Source: Selaginella moellendorffii (taxonomy: Eukaryota > Plantae > Lycopodiophyta). Taken from it: a DNA stretch of 64,000 nt. The stretch spans positions 3,668,405 to 3,732,404 of the forward strand of contig NW_003314262.1 of NCBI RefSeq assembly GCF_000143415.4, given 5' to 3'. Below are positions 1 through 12,308 of this stretch, one piece after another (positions within the stretch are counted from its first letter, which is position 1; each line of letters opens with the position of its first letter). The notes under the pieces were generated by a model. That model was given only the letters and a program-made list of their open reading frames with translations, was not told the DNA's origin and did not search any database. The position numbers were made by a program, and so were the translations under genes.

Positions 1-1062
1 ATCACACCTTGGCACATTTGGTGTCTCCACACCATCGGCTCCACGAGCCTACCTCTATGACATTTCCCCTTCGTGTCTAAGTCTTTGCCAAGACCAACAC
101 CGCACTTTCTCATGCCAACCATCCGTTAGCACTGCATCATAGAGGTCACACACAACTTTATGTTAGAGTTGTGTTCTTCTGGGAACACCTTTCCCATAAC
201 TTTAGCATGGCCTATTTTGCCATTGATGAGATACCCTCTGTTCTCATCCTTGGATCCTATGATCCCCCCCCATCCTTTGTGGGGTACAACACACCTCAGT
301 CCAAATGCTTCCATCAGTCCTTTTAGGACCATCCGTTGACTCTACTTGAGTCATCCAGCAATTTTGGACTTGGTTAATCCACAGACCCGTAAGGTCCTAC
401 TTGTGAGGCACTAGCTCACTGGAATACACTTCTTGCATTCCTGTCCTACTCAAAAGGACTATTTTCACAAGTGTTACTCCGACACTTGATTTTGTTCTCT
501 GGGGGCAACCTTTGCCCCTTAGGACTACTTGTCCATGTGATGAGAATACCAACTCATCCACTCAATACACCCCCAACTCCTTGGGTTGTTCCAGCATTTA
601 TTAGAGGTAGCCCCGGCTACCATTTCAAGGACTTGAGTCCTCTTCCGTATTTGACCTTCCACGGTCATTACCTTTGGTCTCACATTCATGAGCACCAACC
701 TCAACTATATGAGGATAATCTTGTGACTCCTTTATTGTTTTGGAGTCTCTATCTTTCCCGTGATCCCAACTTTAGTTGTTTACCACAACAACCTTAGCCA
801 ATTTGCTGAGACAAATGCTCATCCGGATCACATCCTTAACTCAATGAGGAAAACCTTGCACTGTTCCCAAGATCCCAAAGTCGTTCCATTATTGGCACTT
901 TTCTATCCACCACCTCGTCTACAAGTTCACACATGAACTGTAATGGAGAGCCATGTCTTCCCGACTTGCTACTCCTCAAGGATAGACCCACTCCTTGGAC
1001 CTTCCGATGCCAACACTAGTGGTGATATACTTGAGCACCAATAAAAGTCGGACTAAGGAACA
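1..1062 (-). mobile_element. Decayed internal region of an LTR retrotransposon (family A), running off the window start
   Basis: Lies directly downstream (minus strand) of the PBS at 1063-1074 and the LTR at 1078-2817. Only short broken ORFs remain. Confidence 0.55.
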
Positions 1063-1074
1063 GCTCCGATACCA
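1063..1074 (-). promoter_or_regulatory. Primer-binding site (tRNA-iMet type)
   Basis: Minus strand reads ...CTTACA-ACT-TGGTATCGGAGC: an LTR CA end, a 3-nt spacer, then a TGGTATCAGAGC-like PBS. Confidence 0.8.
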
Positions 1075-1077
1075 AGT

Positions 1078-2817
1078 TGTAAGTGACTAAATTTTCCGTT
1101 CTACTTTAGTCACTTAACCACACCTCCGACCACTTGGAGGAGTCTCATTCACAACCTCCATCAGTCCAATTCAGGACTTGGGACTTGCTAGCCCCAATAC
1201 TGGCATCCATGCCACTCAACACTTGCACCTGGTCCAAGTGCTCCACGTGTCCGGTCCCAAGACCGACACCCAAAGGTACCACTGACATCTCGGCCCGTTA
1301 CGCTAAGGCCATGCCCATTCACCTTTGCTGCACTAGTGGTCCAATACCACTTGCATCACCATCCCGTTTTTCCAAGACTTGGGCCATCTGTCCCCGAGTG
1401 GTCATCCTAGATCCACTCCTTAGCATCCTTGGGATGCCCACAGACCTGGGGAATCGCCTTCCCCAAAGTCCCTTTGTCGGTTCCTACCAAGTCCCTTTCT
1501 GCCCCTGGCCGTGTTTGCCAACACTGCCACTGGATCGAGGCCCACAGGCCCGACCACTAAGTCCCATGGTCCTTTGGGACTTCCTCACCACATGACTGTG
1601 TCCTTGGTCACTACCCCAGAGGACTGCTCCTCTTCCTTTCCACAGTCTAGGCCTTTGGGACAACATTTCGGAACACCGTGGCCTTACACGAGCCACCTGG
1701 GTACTCTCCCCGCCTTTCGCCTTTAGGTGCTCTAGCCATGGGCTTAGAGCGGGTTCCATTGAGCCACACCAGGTATCCAAGTAGGTAGTGCCACCCACAC
1801 TTGGACTGGGAGCATCGGCCAGTCGATCTCCCGGGGGAACTAGAGCCGGCTCTTGAACACATCACCAAGCTACCCCGCTTGTCGGTCTGTGTTCACTCTA
1901 GTCTTGGACTTCCCAGTGGGCAGCTCATCACCCAACACTGGGTCTGGCCTTCCTGGGCCAAACTGGCCTTTCCTGGCCAAACTGGCTCCACTGCAGTCCT
2001 CCCCCTACTATACTTTTGGGGCTCACCAAACCCCCCAGGGTCTGGGAGACGAACGCTTTGGGCTTTCACCCTCTCAGGCTCCGGACTCGGACTCGGACTC
2101 GGACTCGGACTCGGACTCGGATTCGGACTCGGACTCGGGCTCGGGCTCGGTCTCGGCCTCGGCCTCGGTCTCGGTCTCGGTCCCGATCTCGGTCTCGGTC
2201 CCGGTCTCGGTCCCGGTCTCGGTCCCGGTCTCGGTCCCGACTTTGGACTCCATCTCGGACTCCATCTCGGACTCCATCTCGGGTCCATCTCAGGTCCATC
2301 TCGGACTCCATCTCGGACTCCATCTCGGGTCCATCTCGGACTCCACTTCGGACTCCAACTCGGGTCCATCTCGGGTCCACCTCGGACTCCATCTCGGACT
2401 CCATCTCGGACTCCACTTCGGACTCCAACTCGGGTCCATCTCGGACTCCACTTCGGACTCCAACTCGAATCCATCTCGGACTCCACTTCGGACTCCAACT
2501 CGAGTCCATCTCGGACTCCACTTCGGACTCCAACTCGAGTCCATCTCGGACTCCACTTCGGACTCCAACTCGAGTCCATTTCGGACACTCCCACGTGTCA
2601 TGTGTTGGTCCTTTTGGGTCCCTTTTTGGAGCCTCACCTTTTGCTCGCTTCGTGCTCGTTCCTCGAGCACTTCGTTGGGAGTTCCACTCCCGCTCTTGAC
2701 TTTTCAAGTCGGAGCTTTTGGTCCAAACGTGTTACGCTCGTTTGGCTCTCGCTTCGGCCACTACCATGTGGCGCCCTTCCGGCTCCACTTTGGGGCCTAG
2801 GGATTTTGTGTCTCACA
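1078..2817 (-). repeat. 5' LTR of family A (about 1.74 kb), containing an expanded tandem array
   Basis: TG...CA termini (minus strand TGTGAGACAC...CTTACA) with an adjacent PBS. The first ~160 bp match 58886-59047, and 1660-1860 resembles 63770-63965. Confidence 0.75.
2080..2588. repeat. Compound 6/12/35-bp tandem repeat array (GGACTC, GGTCTC, GGTCCCGGTCTC, GGACTCCATCTC, higher-order units)
   Basis: Directly visible. It explains the low-complexity ORFs in all six frames at 1801-2895. Confidence 0.95.
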
Positions 2818-2823
2818 GGTGAG

Positions 2824-3289
2824 TGTAGCGCATATGATCATGGGATGAGATTTGGATATACTGTCATCGTGGATCCTTGGAACCTTAGGGGATAAGTGGG
2901 GATAAAATAGCCACTAAGGGCTCTCTCATCAAGCAATTGCCCCTTTTCCAGTTGGCTTAAGGGGAGAGAGATAAAGTGTGCTATATATAGCCTTAAATCC
3001 CATAGAGTATTCTTGGAATATTCCTATGGTTCATGTCATTCTCCCCTCCCTTATGACCCAACCATATACGACAGCCTCGAGAAGCTAAATAAGCCTCACA
3101 TGAAGGGAGTCCAAGGCAATATAGTCATGGAGAAAAGATCTGCAAATAACAATACTAACATCACGATAAATGGTCACAAAAGAATGAAAACAATATGGCT
3201 TTTTCATATGACAATACGGTTATAAAAACAAGAGAATGAGAATAGAACAAATGACTCAAATCATATAGCAATACAGCTATAGAACTCCA
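2824..3289 (-). repeat. 3' LTR of the host chromovirus
   Basis: On the minus strand it starts TGGAGTTC after the PPT GAAGGGGAGAA and ends ATGCGCTACA. A sibling copy starts at about 38777 on the plus strand. Confidence 0.65.
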
Positions 3290-3299
3290 TTCTCCCCTT

Positions 3300-4806
3300 C
3301 CTTAGGAATGTTATCTAAGTCATAACCAAAATTTGGAAACACTCTTTTTATATTATCTTTAGTTTCCCATATAGCTTCGTCCATGGAATAATCATTTTAT
3401 TAAACTAACAACTCTTTAGTTGTTTTTTGGCATGTTTTCACCAATCTTTGAGCAATAATATTGGTTAGCCTAGCCTTCTCAACATCAATCTTTGGGATTT
3501 GGATGATGGATTGATCTATGACATCACCAAAGTGCAAACATGCTTTAAGCTTGCTCACATGGAATGTTAGATGAATCTTCGAATTAGCTGGCAAGTCCAA
3601 AGTGTATGCAAGATCCCCCACATGCTATAAAATTGTCCAAGGCCTATAATACCGTAGAGACAATTTAGCATTGCCAACCTCCTTTCAGAGATTATTATGC
3701 ATCCGACAGTTTAAGGAAAACTTTGTCACCAACTTTGTACTCTTGATGATGACGATGCTGATTAGCCAATCTCTTGTCTCAATCTTGAGTTTGCCTCATG
3801 TTCAACTTTGCCAACTCAAGCTTATCTTGCATATCCTCTAGGAAATCACAAGCATGAGGTACCCAAACCAAAGCCAAACTCAAACTCACGAGAGACCTAA
3901 ACTCATAACCATACATTGCTATAAATGGAGACATGCCACTAGCTAATTAATAAACACTATTATGAGCAAACTAAAATAAAGACAAGTACTTCTCCCATAC
4001 TCCCTGTCGAGTCAAGTTTCCCACAAAAAACCTTAACATATCTTCCAACAGTTGATTCACACGCTCTATTTGTCCATCTAATTGTGGATGCTCACCACCA
4101 CTCATGCTCAGCTTAGTCTCTAGCTTCTCAAAGACCATTTACCAAAACTTGGACATAAACTTAGCATCCCAATCACTCACAATGTCACCTAGCAAACCAT
4201 GGAGACTAAATAACTGATCTACAAATAGTTGAGCAAATTCAAAAGCTTTTATCGTCATCTTCACAGGGAAGAAGTGAGCCATCTTCATCAAACAATCCAC
4301 AACAACCCAAATAACATCATTTCCTCAAAAGGTTTTGGGTAAACTAGTGATAAAGTCCATCAAGATGCTCTCCCACTTATTCTTAGGTATATATAAAGGA
4401 TGATAAAGGCCAGCAAGCTTCTAATAATCAACTTCAATTGTCTGGTAGGTCAAACAACCACATACGTACTTCTCAACATCTGACTTCATCCCAAGCCAAA
4501 AGAAATGCCTCTTCACCAACATATACGTTCTCAGTACCCCCAAATGCCCAACGCTTAGCACATCATAACACTCAACCAAAATCCATTTAATGAGTTTATT
4601 AACATAAGGACCCACCACATGTCCCTTCTTCATCAGGATTCCATCTTGTATCTTAAATGACACAAATTTGTAGAGGTGTCCGTCAACAAAACCTTTGCAT
4701 GAATATCAGTGATAAAGGAGTTAAAGTCAACAAAATCCTTAAACTCATCCAAGAGATCACTGGATAGCTTCACAAATGAGATAGAATTTACCATCCTAGA
4801 TAATGC
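3300..4806 (-). pseudogene. Integrase-chromodomain remnant of the host chromovirus
   Basis: ORF fragments GHLGVLRTY...FFWLGMKSDVEKYVCGC (HHCC region) and AYTLDLPANSKIHLTFHVSKLK. The chromodomain-like tail is clearer in the sibling at 38466 (LLVQWNGYSMDEATWE). Many stops. Confidence 0.85.
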
Positions 4807-5167
4807 TATTAGGAATCCCCCAATTCATATCACATTCCTGAATCTCGCTGGATTCTTGACCTGCAGACCACATTCCTGATTCTTGAGACTTTTCCCTATT
4901 CCTGACTCTCTGATTTCCTGTACGATTCCTAAGTCTTGAGCCACATTCCTGATGATGATGTGGCGCCTCCTCGACCTCAGCTATATTTAGGCTATCCTCA
5001 ATCCAAGAGTGGTGGAGCTTCATCAACCTATAGTATATATAGGTTAGCTTTGTTCCAGTTCTCCACAATCTGAATCAACACTAGTCTAAGGTTTCTTCTT
5101 TGTTTCCATTAGCTTTTCTCTTTGTCTTTTGCATTTTCCAGTCTTAATCTTGTTGGGGGTCTTGATA
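4807..5167 (+). repeat. 5' LTR of the Tcn1-like element
   Basis: Direct repeat of 10560-10920. Termini have decayed to TA...TA. TATATATA at 5034-5041. Confidence 0.93.
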
Positions 5168-5266
5168 GTTTGATTCAAATTGTGCTTTTTCATTTTTTTT
5201 TCCTTTAGCTTGTTTTGATTGTTTGACTGCCTTTGCCTTTTTTCCCCCTTTTCTTTCTTTCTGCCG

Positions 5267-8200
5267 ATGGAGTCTCCAAGCCATCCTGATTTCTTTGCCG
5301 AAGTCCTTACAAAAATCTAGTCTGAGAATACCGAGCTGAAGGCGGCCCTTCTTCGCATGCAGCAGGAGCTTGCTTCACTTTCGGCTCAAGGATCCAGCAA
5401 AGTTCTTGAACCGAAGGTGAGTTTCTCGGAGAAATTTTCAGGCAAGCGTTTCGAGCTTTGCGGATTTCTGAACTAGATGGAGCTGATCTTCGCACTTCAA
5501 CATCGGCAGTACCCCACTCCCAAGTCTCAAATCGGCATGATTGGGACGTTGCTCGAAGGTGCAGCTTTGTCATGGTTCTCTCCTTTTCTAGAGAAGAGCA
5601 TGAAAGGGGTCGTGGTTCCGGAGCTGATGGATCTTCAATTGTTCAAAGAGAAGCTCGAAGCATGTTTTGGCGAGATGGATTGGGTTCGGGTTGCTACCAC
5701 AAAGATGAGACGTCTCTCTCAGGGGTCTCGCCTGCCTCGATCTATGCTACAAAGTTCCAACTCCTTGCCTTGGACACTCAGTGGGATGAGCGGGCCCTGA
5801 TTGACCAATTTCGTTTCGGCCTCAACAACGAGGACCTGTTGGACGCCATCAACAAAGCTGTTCGATGTGACAATCGTCTCTTTAAGCGTCATCAAGAAAG
5901 TTGCCGCGCCGCTGTTTTTCCATCCCAGACTCAGGAATCCCAGCTTGAGTCTTCGGGGCATACTCCTGAACATACTGCTCCGGTCCCAATGGATATTTCT
6001 GGTACTCCCCGACTCATCAAAGGAAAGCTGAGTCCTACTGAGAAGCAACATCGAATATCCCATAATCTTTGCCTCTACTGTGCTGATCCTAATCACAAAG
6101 CAGATATGTGTCCCAAGAAGCCTCCCCGACTGCTCGAGTTCACGCTGCCTTAAAATCCACCTTTGTTGCAGTCGGGAAACAACCCTGTCCAAATAGAGTA
6201 GGAGCTATCTATTTGGACTCTCCTAATAAAAATCACTTTTCTTCTTTATCAAGCTCCTCACCACCTTTCATCAAAGCCACCACCAATTTCTGCAACTTCC
6301 GCATCCCATGTCTCCTTTCTTTCACCGGACAATTAGGACTCAAGGCTTTGGCGCTACTGGACTCGGATGCAACTTCCTGCTTCATGAACACGAACTTTGC
6401 TGCCCGACATCACATTCCTCTTTCTTCTACCATACAGGATCTGAGGGTTGAAGGCATTGGCGGGCATTTTGTGTCTCCATCTTCTGGACTTAGGGAAACG
6501 TTGCCCATTCGAGTACACATCGGGTCCACCATCACCGATATTGCCTTCAACATCATCAACAGCAAGTCCTCTTCTGTGGTGCTCGGTCTTCCTTGGTTCC
6601 AACTACATCAGCCTCATATCTGTTGGAAGGAATTACAGCTCATCTCTCCCACATCACCATCTCCCATGGCTTCCCCTGCTGTTCATCGAGTCCGAATCAG
6701 GAAAAGTTCCCTAAACTCAAATTGGGGTTCTGTTCTTGACTCTACGAAGTTTTCACCCTCTTCTTTTTCCTCTCTTCCATTTTACATTGGACAGTATCCT
6801 CGTCTCATCATTCCATTTAGTCGTACGCCTCCTCCTATCTCCACAATCACTATGAAAGAACTCCTTCATAAAGAACCTATTTTCCTTTTTGCTTTATATA
6901 TTTTTCCTGTCAGTCTTCCTGAGAAGTATCATGATTTTGGGGATGTGTTTGACAAGAAAAAAGATAGTGTACTGCCTATTCATCAGCCTTATGACTGTCT
7001 TATTGATTTAAAGGAAGGAGCGTCACCTTTGTGGGGGCCTATCTACGAGTTATCCCCATCCGAGCTTAAGGCCCTCAAAGAGTATGTGGATGAGAACCTT
7101 GCCTCGGGGTACATTTAGCATTCGCAGTCCCCGGCTGGAGCGCTTGTCTTCTTTATCAAGAAGAAGGATGGGAGTTTGCAACTAGTCATCGACTACCGAG
7201 GTTTGAACAAGGTGACTGTTCAGGACCGTTATCCACTGCCCCTGATCTCGGACTTGTTGGAACGCCTCGGTGGTGCCCGCTTCTTCACCAAGATCAACCT
7301 CCATGGAGCATACAACCTGATCTGGATCTGGCCTGGTGATGAATGGAAGACTGCGTTCCAAACCCGCTATGGCCACTTCGAGTACACTGTCATGCCATTT
7401 GGCTTGACAAATGCTCCAGCAGTTTTCCAACACATGGCGAACGACATCTTTCGGGAGTTTCTTGATCAGATGGTGATCGTCTACCTCGATGACATCCTCA
7501 TCTACTCAAAAACTCAGGAGGAGCACGACGAACATGTACGCAAGGTGCTGGCGAAGCTGTGAGAACACGGCCTATACGCGAAGCTTGAGAAATGTTCCTT
7601 CAATCAGCAATCTGTGGAGTTCCTTGGGTACATTATCACTCCTGAGGGTATCACGATGGATCCTGCCAAAGTCAAGACTATTCTCGAATGGGAGCCTCCA
7701 CAATTAATGTCGGATGTTCAGGTTTTCCTTGGCTTCGCCAACTTCTACTGCAAATTCATTGATCACTACTCTAACATTGTCCTTCCTCTCACGCATCTCA
7801 CTTGCAAGGATGTTCCCTTCTCTTGGTCTGCTGCTGCCCAGCAGGCCTTCGACACACTCAAGGGGGCCTTCAATTCTGCTCCTGTCTTGATCCATGCTGA
7901 TCCCTCACAACCTTTCTTCATTGAGGCTGACACCTCCGACTTTGCCGTCGGTGTTGTGCTATCTCAACTTGGAGCGGATCACGAACTTCATCTGATCGCT
8001 TTCCATTCTTGGAAATTCCAACCTGCGGAGATCAATTACAAAATCCACGACAAGGAGCTCCTTGCCATCGTGGATTCCTTTGGAGAGTGGCGCCGTTTCT
8101 TGGAGGGGGCAGGCCATCAAACAACAGTCTGGATGGATCACAAAAATCTCTAATACTTTGCCACTTCCCGAGTTTTGAGCTGTCGTCAAGCATGGTGGGC

Positions 8201-10450
8201 ACAATTCCTGAGTTGGTTTGACTTTGTTATCAAGTACAGACCTGGAAAGCTTCAAGGCCTTCCTAATGCTCTTTCAAGGCACTCTTATCTTAGTCTCAAG
8301 CCTAGTAATCCTGCCTTCGATCAACAGGATCAAGTTATCTTTGGTCCTGATCGGCTTCAAGTTATGGCAATTTCCCTGGCCCCTTAGGATTCCTCTTTGA
8401 TGAATGCAATCAGAAATGATCTTCAATCCGATGACCTTGCCAGTGACATTTTCCCCGATCTTTAGGCTGGACACCCAGTGAACTCCCGACTGCCGGCGAT
8501 TTGACGAGTTCGAGTTCTTAGATGGCTTGTTGTACCGTGGGGAGCAGCTTTACGTTCCTGAAGGTGATGCTCAAAGGTTGGTCCTGATGGCATGCCACGA
8601 TAGCCTGACTGCTGGTCACTTCGGCATCACAAAGACCTATGAGTTGGTTGCACAGGACTTTTGGTGGGCTCACATGAACGACTACATCAAAACTTTTGTT
8701 ACCTCCTGTGACATTTGCGCCCGAAATAAGGTACCTCGCCGCCTTCCTTCAGGTTTGCTTCGTTCCCTCCCGGTCCCTTTAGGTCCTTAGGAATCCATCT
8801 CCATGGATTTCTTGAGTGATCTTCCGCGTTCTGGAGGCTTCAATAGCATTTTAGTCGTGATGGATCGCTTCACAAAGATGGTGCACTTCCTATTGTGTAC
8901 CAAGGAGTTTTCGGGCGAGGACATGGCAAAACTAGTATTCAGGGAAATTTTCCGGCTTCATGGGATTCCTGTAGATGTGGTTTCGGATCGGGGACCTCAG
9001 TTCATCTCTCATTTTTGGCAACGGTTTTTGCAGCTGCTTGGAGTGAAGGCCAACCTCTCTTCAGCATATCATCCTCAAACTGATGGACAGTTCAAGCAAA
9101 TGATTCAGATGTTAGAACAATTCCTGAGGTGCTTCATCAACTATCATCAGGATGAATGGTTTGATATCCTTCCCCTTGCTGAGTTCTCCTATAACAACTC
9201 TGTTCACTCCTCTCTTCGAGTTTCCCCCTTCTTTGCGAACTCTGGCCGAAATCCCCGATTCAATCTCTCACTTCTTTCTCCATCTGAATCCTCTCATTCA
9301 AATCCCCACTCTGAGACATTTGTCTCCAACCTCCAGGAAATCCACAACTCCATCTCCTTCCACCTCCATCATGCTCAGGAATCTCACAAAACATTTGCCA
9401 ATGCCCATCGTCAGGATTGTCCCCCTTACAATATTGGGGATAAAGTCTGGTGTAAGCAACCAAAGGGAACGACTTGAGAGACGATCCATAGGGGTTCAAA
9501 TATAGAAGGAAAGGGCCCATGAACAAGAGTGCACCCCCTTTTCCAATTGGTTAAGGGTCTTGGGATATTTGGGGTTAAGCGTCCTTGGGTTTGAATAGTA
9601 CTGGGTTGGGTGACCTCCCGGGAAGTCTAAACTCAGGAGCTTACATTTGGTATCAGAGGGGTCTCGGGTCCGACTTTGTTGGTTGGCTAAGGAAATCACA
9701 CCACATGTTGATTGACATCTGGCTGGTCCAGTTTGTTCCCGCTGGGCTTGACCCGAGGGGTAGGGTGTCAAGAGAGCGGGGCTCTCGGGAGAGCTGCGGC
9801 TCTCAGCTTCCGTTCACGAGGGCGTGAACTTGCAGGGAAGCGTGGTGGATTGTAAGCAACCAAAGGGAACGACTTGAGAGACGATCCATAGGGGTTCAAA
9901 TATAGAGGGAAAGGGCCCATGAACAAGAGTGCACCCCCTTTTCCAATTGGTTAAGGGTCTTGGGATATTTGGGGTTAAGCGTCCTTGGGTTTGAATAGTA
10001 CTGGGTTGGGTGACCTCCCGGGAAGTCTAAACTCAGGAGCTTACATCTGGCTCCTTAGGCGAAATATCTCCACCACCAGGCCATGTCCCAAACTCGATTT
10101 CAAACGCCTCGGTCCTTTCCCTATCACTGCTATCATTAATCCTGTTACTTATCACCTTGCACTTCCCTCCTCCTATCAAATTCACCCTGTTTTTCACTCC
10201 TCTCTCCTTGAGCCTTATATTCCCAGTCCTATTCCAAATCGGGTCATTCCTCCGCCTCCACCAGTGTAGCTCGAGGATGGGTCTGAGTACGAGGTTCAGA
10301 ACATCCTTGATTCCAAGATCTCACGGTCTAAACTCTACTATCTGGTCGACTGAAAGGGTTATGGACTTGAAGAACACACTTGGGAACCTGTGGACAACCT
10401 GATTCATTCTCCTAACCTTGTTTAGGACTTCCACCGCCGCTATCCTTCTC
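5267..10450 (+). pseudogene. gag-pol polyprotein with stops and frameshifts (Gag zinc knuckle, protease, RT, RNase H, integrase, chromodomain)
   Basis: CLYCADPNHKADMC; ALLDSDAT; YPLPLI...[10 protein letters not shown]; IEADTSDFAVG...IHDKELLAI; CHDSLTAGHFG...CDIC; VVSDRGPQF; KRLGPF; EYEVQNILDSK...HTWEP. Confidence 0.92.
9451..10045 (+). mobile_element. Cassandra-type TRIM (595 bp) with 5S-rRNA-derived LTR core, TSD TCTGG
   Basis: 195-bp LTRs at 9451-9645 and 9851-10045 (1 difference seen), PBS TGGTATCAGAG at 9648-9658, and a PPT. The LTR contains GGTTAAGCGTCCTTGGG...AGTACTGGGTTGGGTGACCTCCCGGGAAGTC (5S A/IE/C boxes). Removing it restores DKVW|LLRRN in the integrase. Confidence 0.93.
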
Positions 10451-10559
10451 GTCCCAGTCCTCATTCTTTTTCTCCATCTCCCGTCCCTCGCTGCCCATCT
10501 CATCCTCCTCTTCGTTCTCATTCACATCCTCGTTCCACTCGTTCTTGAGGAGGGGGTGT

Positions 10560-10920
10560 TGTTAGAAATCCCCCAATTCATACCACATTCCTGAATCTTG
10601 CTAGATTCTTGACCTGCAGACCACATTCCTGATTCTCGAGACTTTTCCCTATTCCTGACTCTCTGATTTCCTGTACGATTCCTAAGTCTTGAGCCACATT
10701 CTTGATGATGATGTGACGCCTCCTCGACCTCAGCTATATTTAGGCCATCCTCGATTCAAGAGTGGTGGAGCTTCATCAACCTATAGTATATATAGGTTAG
10801 CCTTGTTCCATTTCTCCACAATCTGAATCAACACCAGTCTAAGGTTTCTTCTTTATTTCCATTAGCTTTTCTCTTTGTCTTTTGCATTTTCCAGTTTTGA
10901 TCTTGTTGGGGGTCTTGACA
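10560..10920 (+). repeat. 3' LTR of the Tcn1-like element
   Basis: TGTTAG...TTGACA, followed by the TSD AATGC. Confidence 0.93.
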
Positions 10921-11051
10921 AATGCATCAGCCACTTTATTATCACCTCTATGCTTATATTGGATCTCAACAAACATTTCTTGCAAGAACTCTTGCCAATG
11001 AGCAAGGCAACCTTGAAGATCCTTTTGTCAATTGAAATACTGAAAAGATTG

Positions 11052-11626
11052 TGTAAGCAACCAAAGGGAACGACTCAAGAGACGATCCATGGGGTTCAAA
11101 TATAGAGGGAAAGGGCCCATGAACAAGAGTGCACCCCCTTTTCCAATCGGTTAAGGGTCTTGGGATATTTGGAGTTAAACGTCCTTGGGTTTGAATAGTA
11201 CTAGGCTGGGTGACCTCTCGGGAAGTTCAAATTCAGAAGCTTACATTTGGTATTGGAGCGGTCTCAGATCCGACTCTGTTGGTTGGCTAAGGGAATCACA
11301 CCACATGTTGATTGACATCTGGTTGGTCCAGTTTGCTCCCACTGGACTCGACCCGAGGGGTAGGGTGTCAAGAGCGCGGGGCTCTCAGCTTCTGTTCACA
11401 AGGGCGTGAACTTGCAGGGAAGCGTGGTGGATTGTAAGCAACCAAAAGGAACGACTCGAAAGACGATCCATGGGGTTCAAATATAGAGGGAAAGGGCCCA
11501 TGAACAAGAGTGCACCCCCTTTTCCAATCGGTTAAGGGTCTTGGGATATTTGGGGTTAAACGTCCTTGGGTTTGAATAGTACTAAGCTAGGTGACCTCTC
11601 GGGAAGTCCAAATTCAGGAGCTTACA
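11052..11626 (+). mobile_element. Second Cassandra-type TRIM (575 bp), TSD GATTG/AATTG
   Basis: 194-bp LTRs at 11052-11245 and 11433-11626, decayed PBS TGGTATTGGAGC, and the same 5S-like core. Confidence 0.9.
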
Positions 11627-12308
11627 AATTGATGATCTAAATCCACATGGAAGTCCAATCCATACTAATGATGTTGCCATTCCTTCATAGCAGCAATCAC
11701 AGCATACAACTCTGTTTAATGGTAAAATGTGAGATGGATGAGAATGCTGCTACCACTAGAACTCGATCTGAGAGCTGGCGCCTGATCTCCGGAGGTCGCC
11801 AGCTGAGGAGGGGTGCAAGAAGTGGTAGATCGGCAGGGAGAGAGACTCAAGTCAAAGATAATGCAAATAGAGGGTGCGATTCAGGAGTCTTGAAGTACAA
11901 TGGAATGGGAAAGGAGATGGGGAACCCTAGCTGCGCTGGGGTCTCTCAAAACCACTCTCCTGTTGGCGGTTCTAACCGCCAGCATATGCCTAGAATAGAA
12001 ATAAACTAGTAGTCGTTTGAACCTGGCTTTCAGTCGTGAGTGGAGCTGCTCCTAGGTGTGCATGTGTTAGGGGAGGTTTCCACTGCCCCCTGCTTGATCT
12101 AGGCGCCATCCTCGGGGCCATGATCAGTGTCCATTGCTTGGTGGTGGAGTTGGTTTGCTTCCGGAGCTCGCTGCAGGTGTCGCAGTCAGCGGCGCTGCTG
12201 GGGGAGGGTTAGGTTATCGTTGGGCTCACTGTCGGGCGCGTCTGAGCCATCATCATCCTCATACTCGGCGAGGAGCGCTTCAAGATGGTCAATGCGCTGC
12301 TGGTGCTC

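Larger units (their letters stand above)
4807..10920 (+). mobile_element. Full-length Tcn1/Tf1-like chromovirus (Ty3/gypsy), TSD AATGC
   Basis: 361-bp LTRs at 4807-5167 and 10560-10920, AATGC at 4802-4806 and 10921-10925, PPT GAGGAGGGGG before the 3' LTR, and gag-PR-RT-RH-INT-chromodomain order. Confidence 0.93.

Noticed and set aside
1801-2895. Long ORFs in all six frames (GLGL, SDSD, RSRS, RDRD repeats)
   Set aside because: Products of a stop-free hexamer tandem array inside an LTR, not genes.
9573-9627. 5S rRNA gene
   Set aside because: Only the ~55-bp internal promoter part is present, embedded in Cassandra LTRs.
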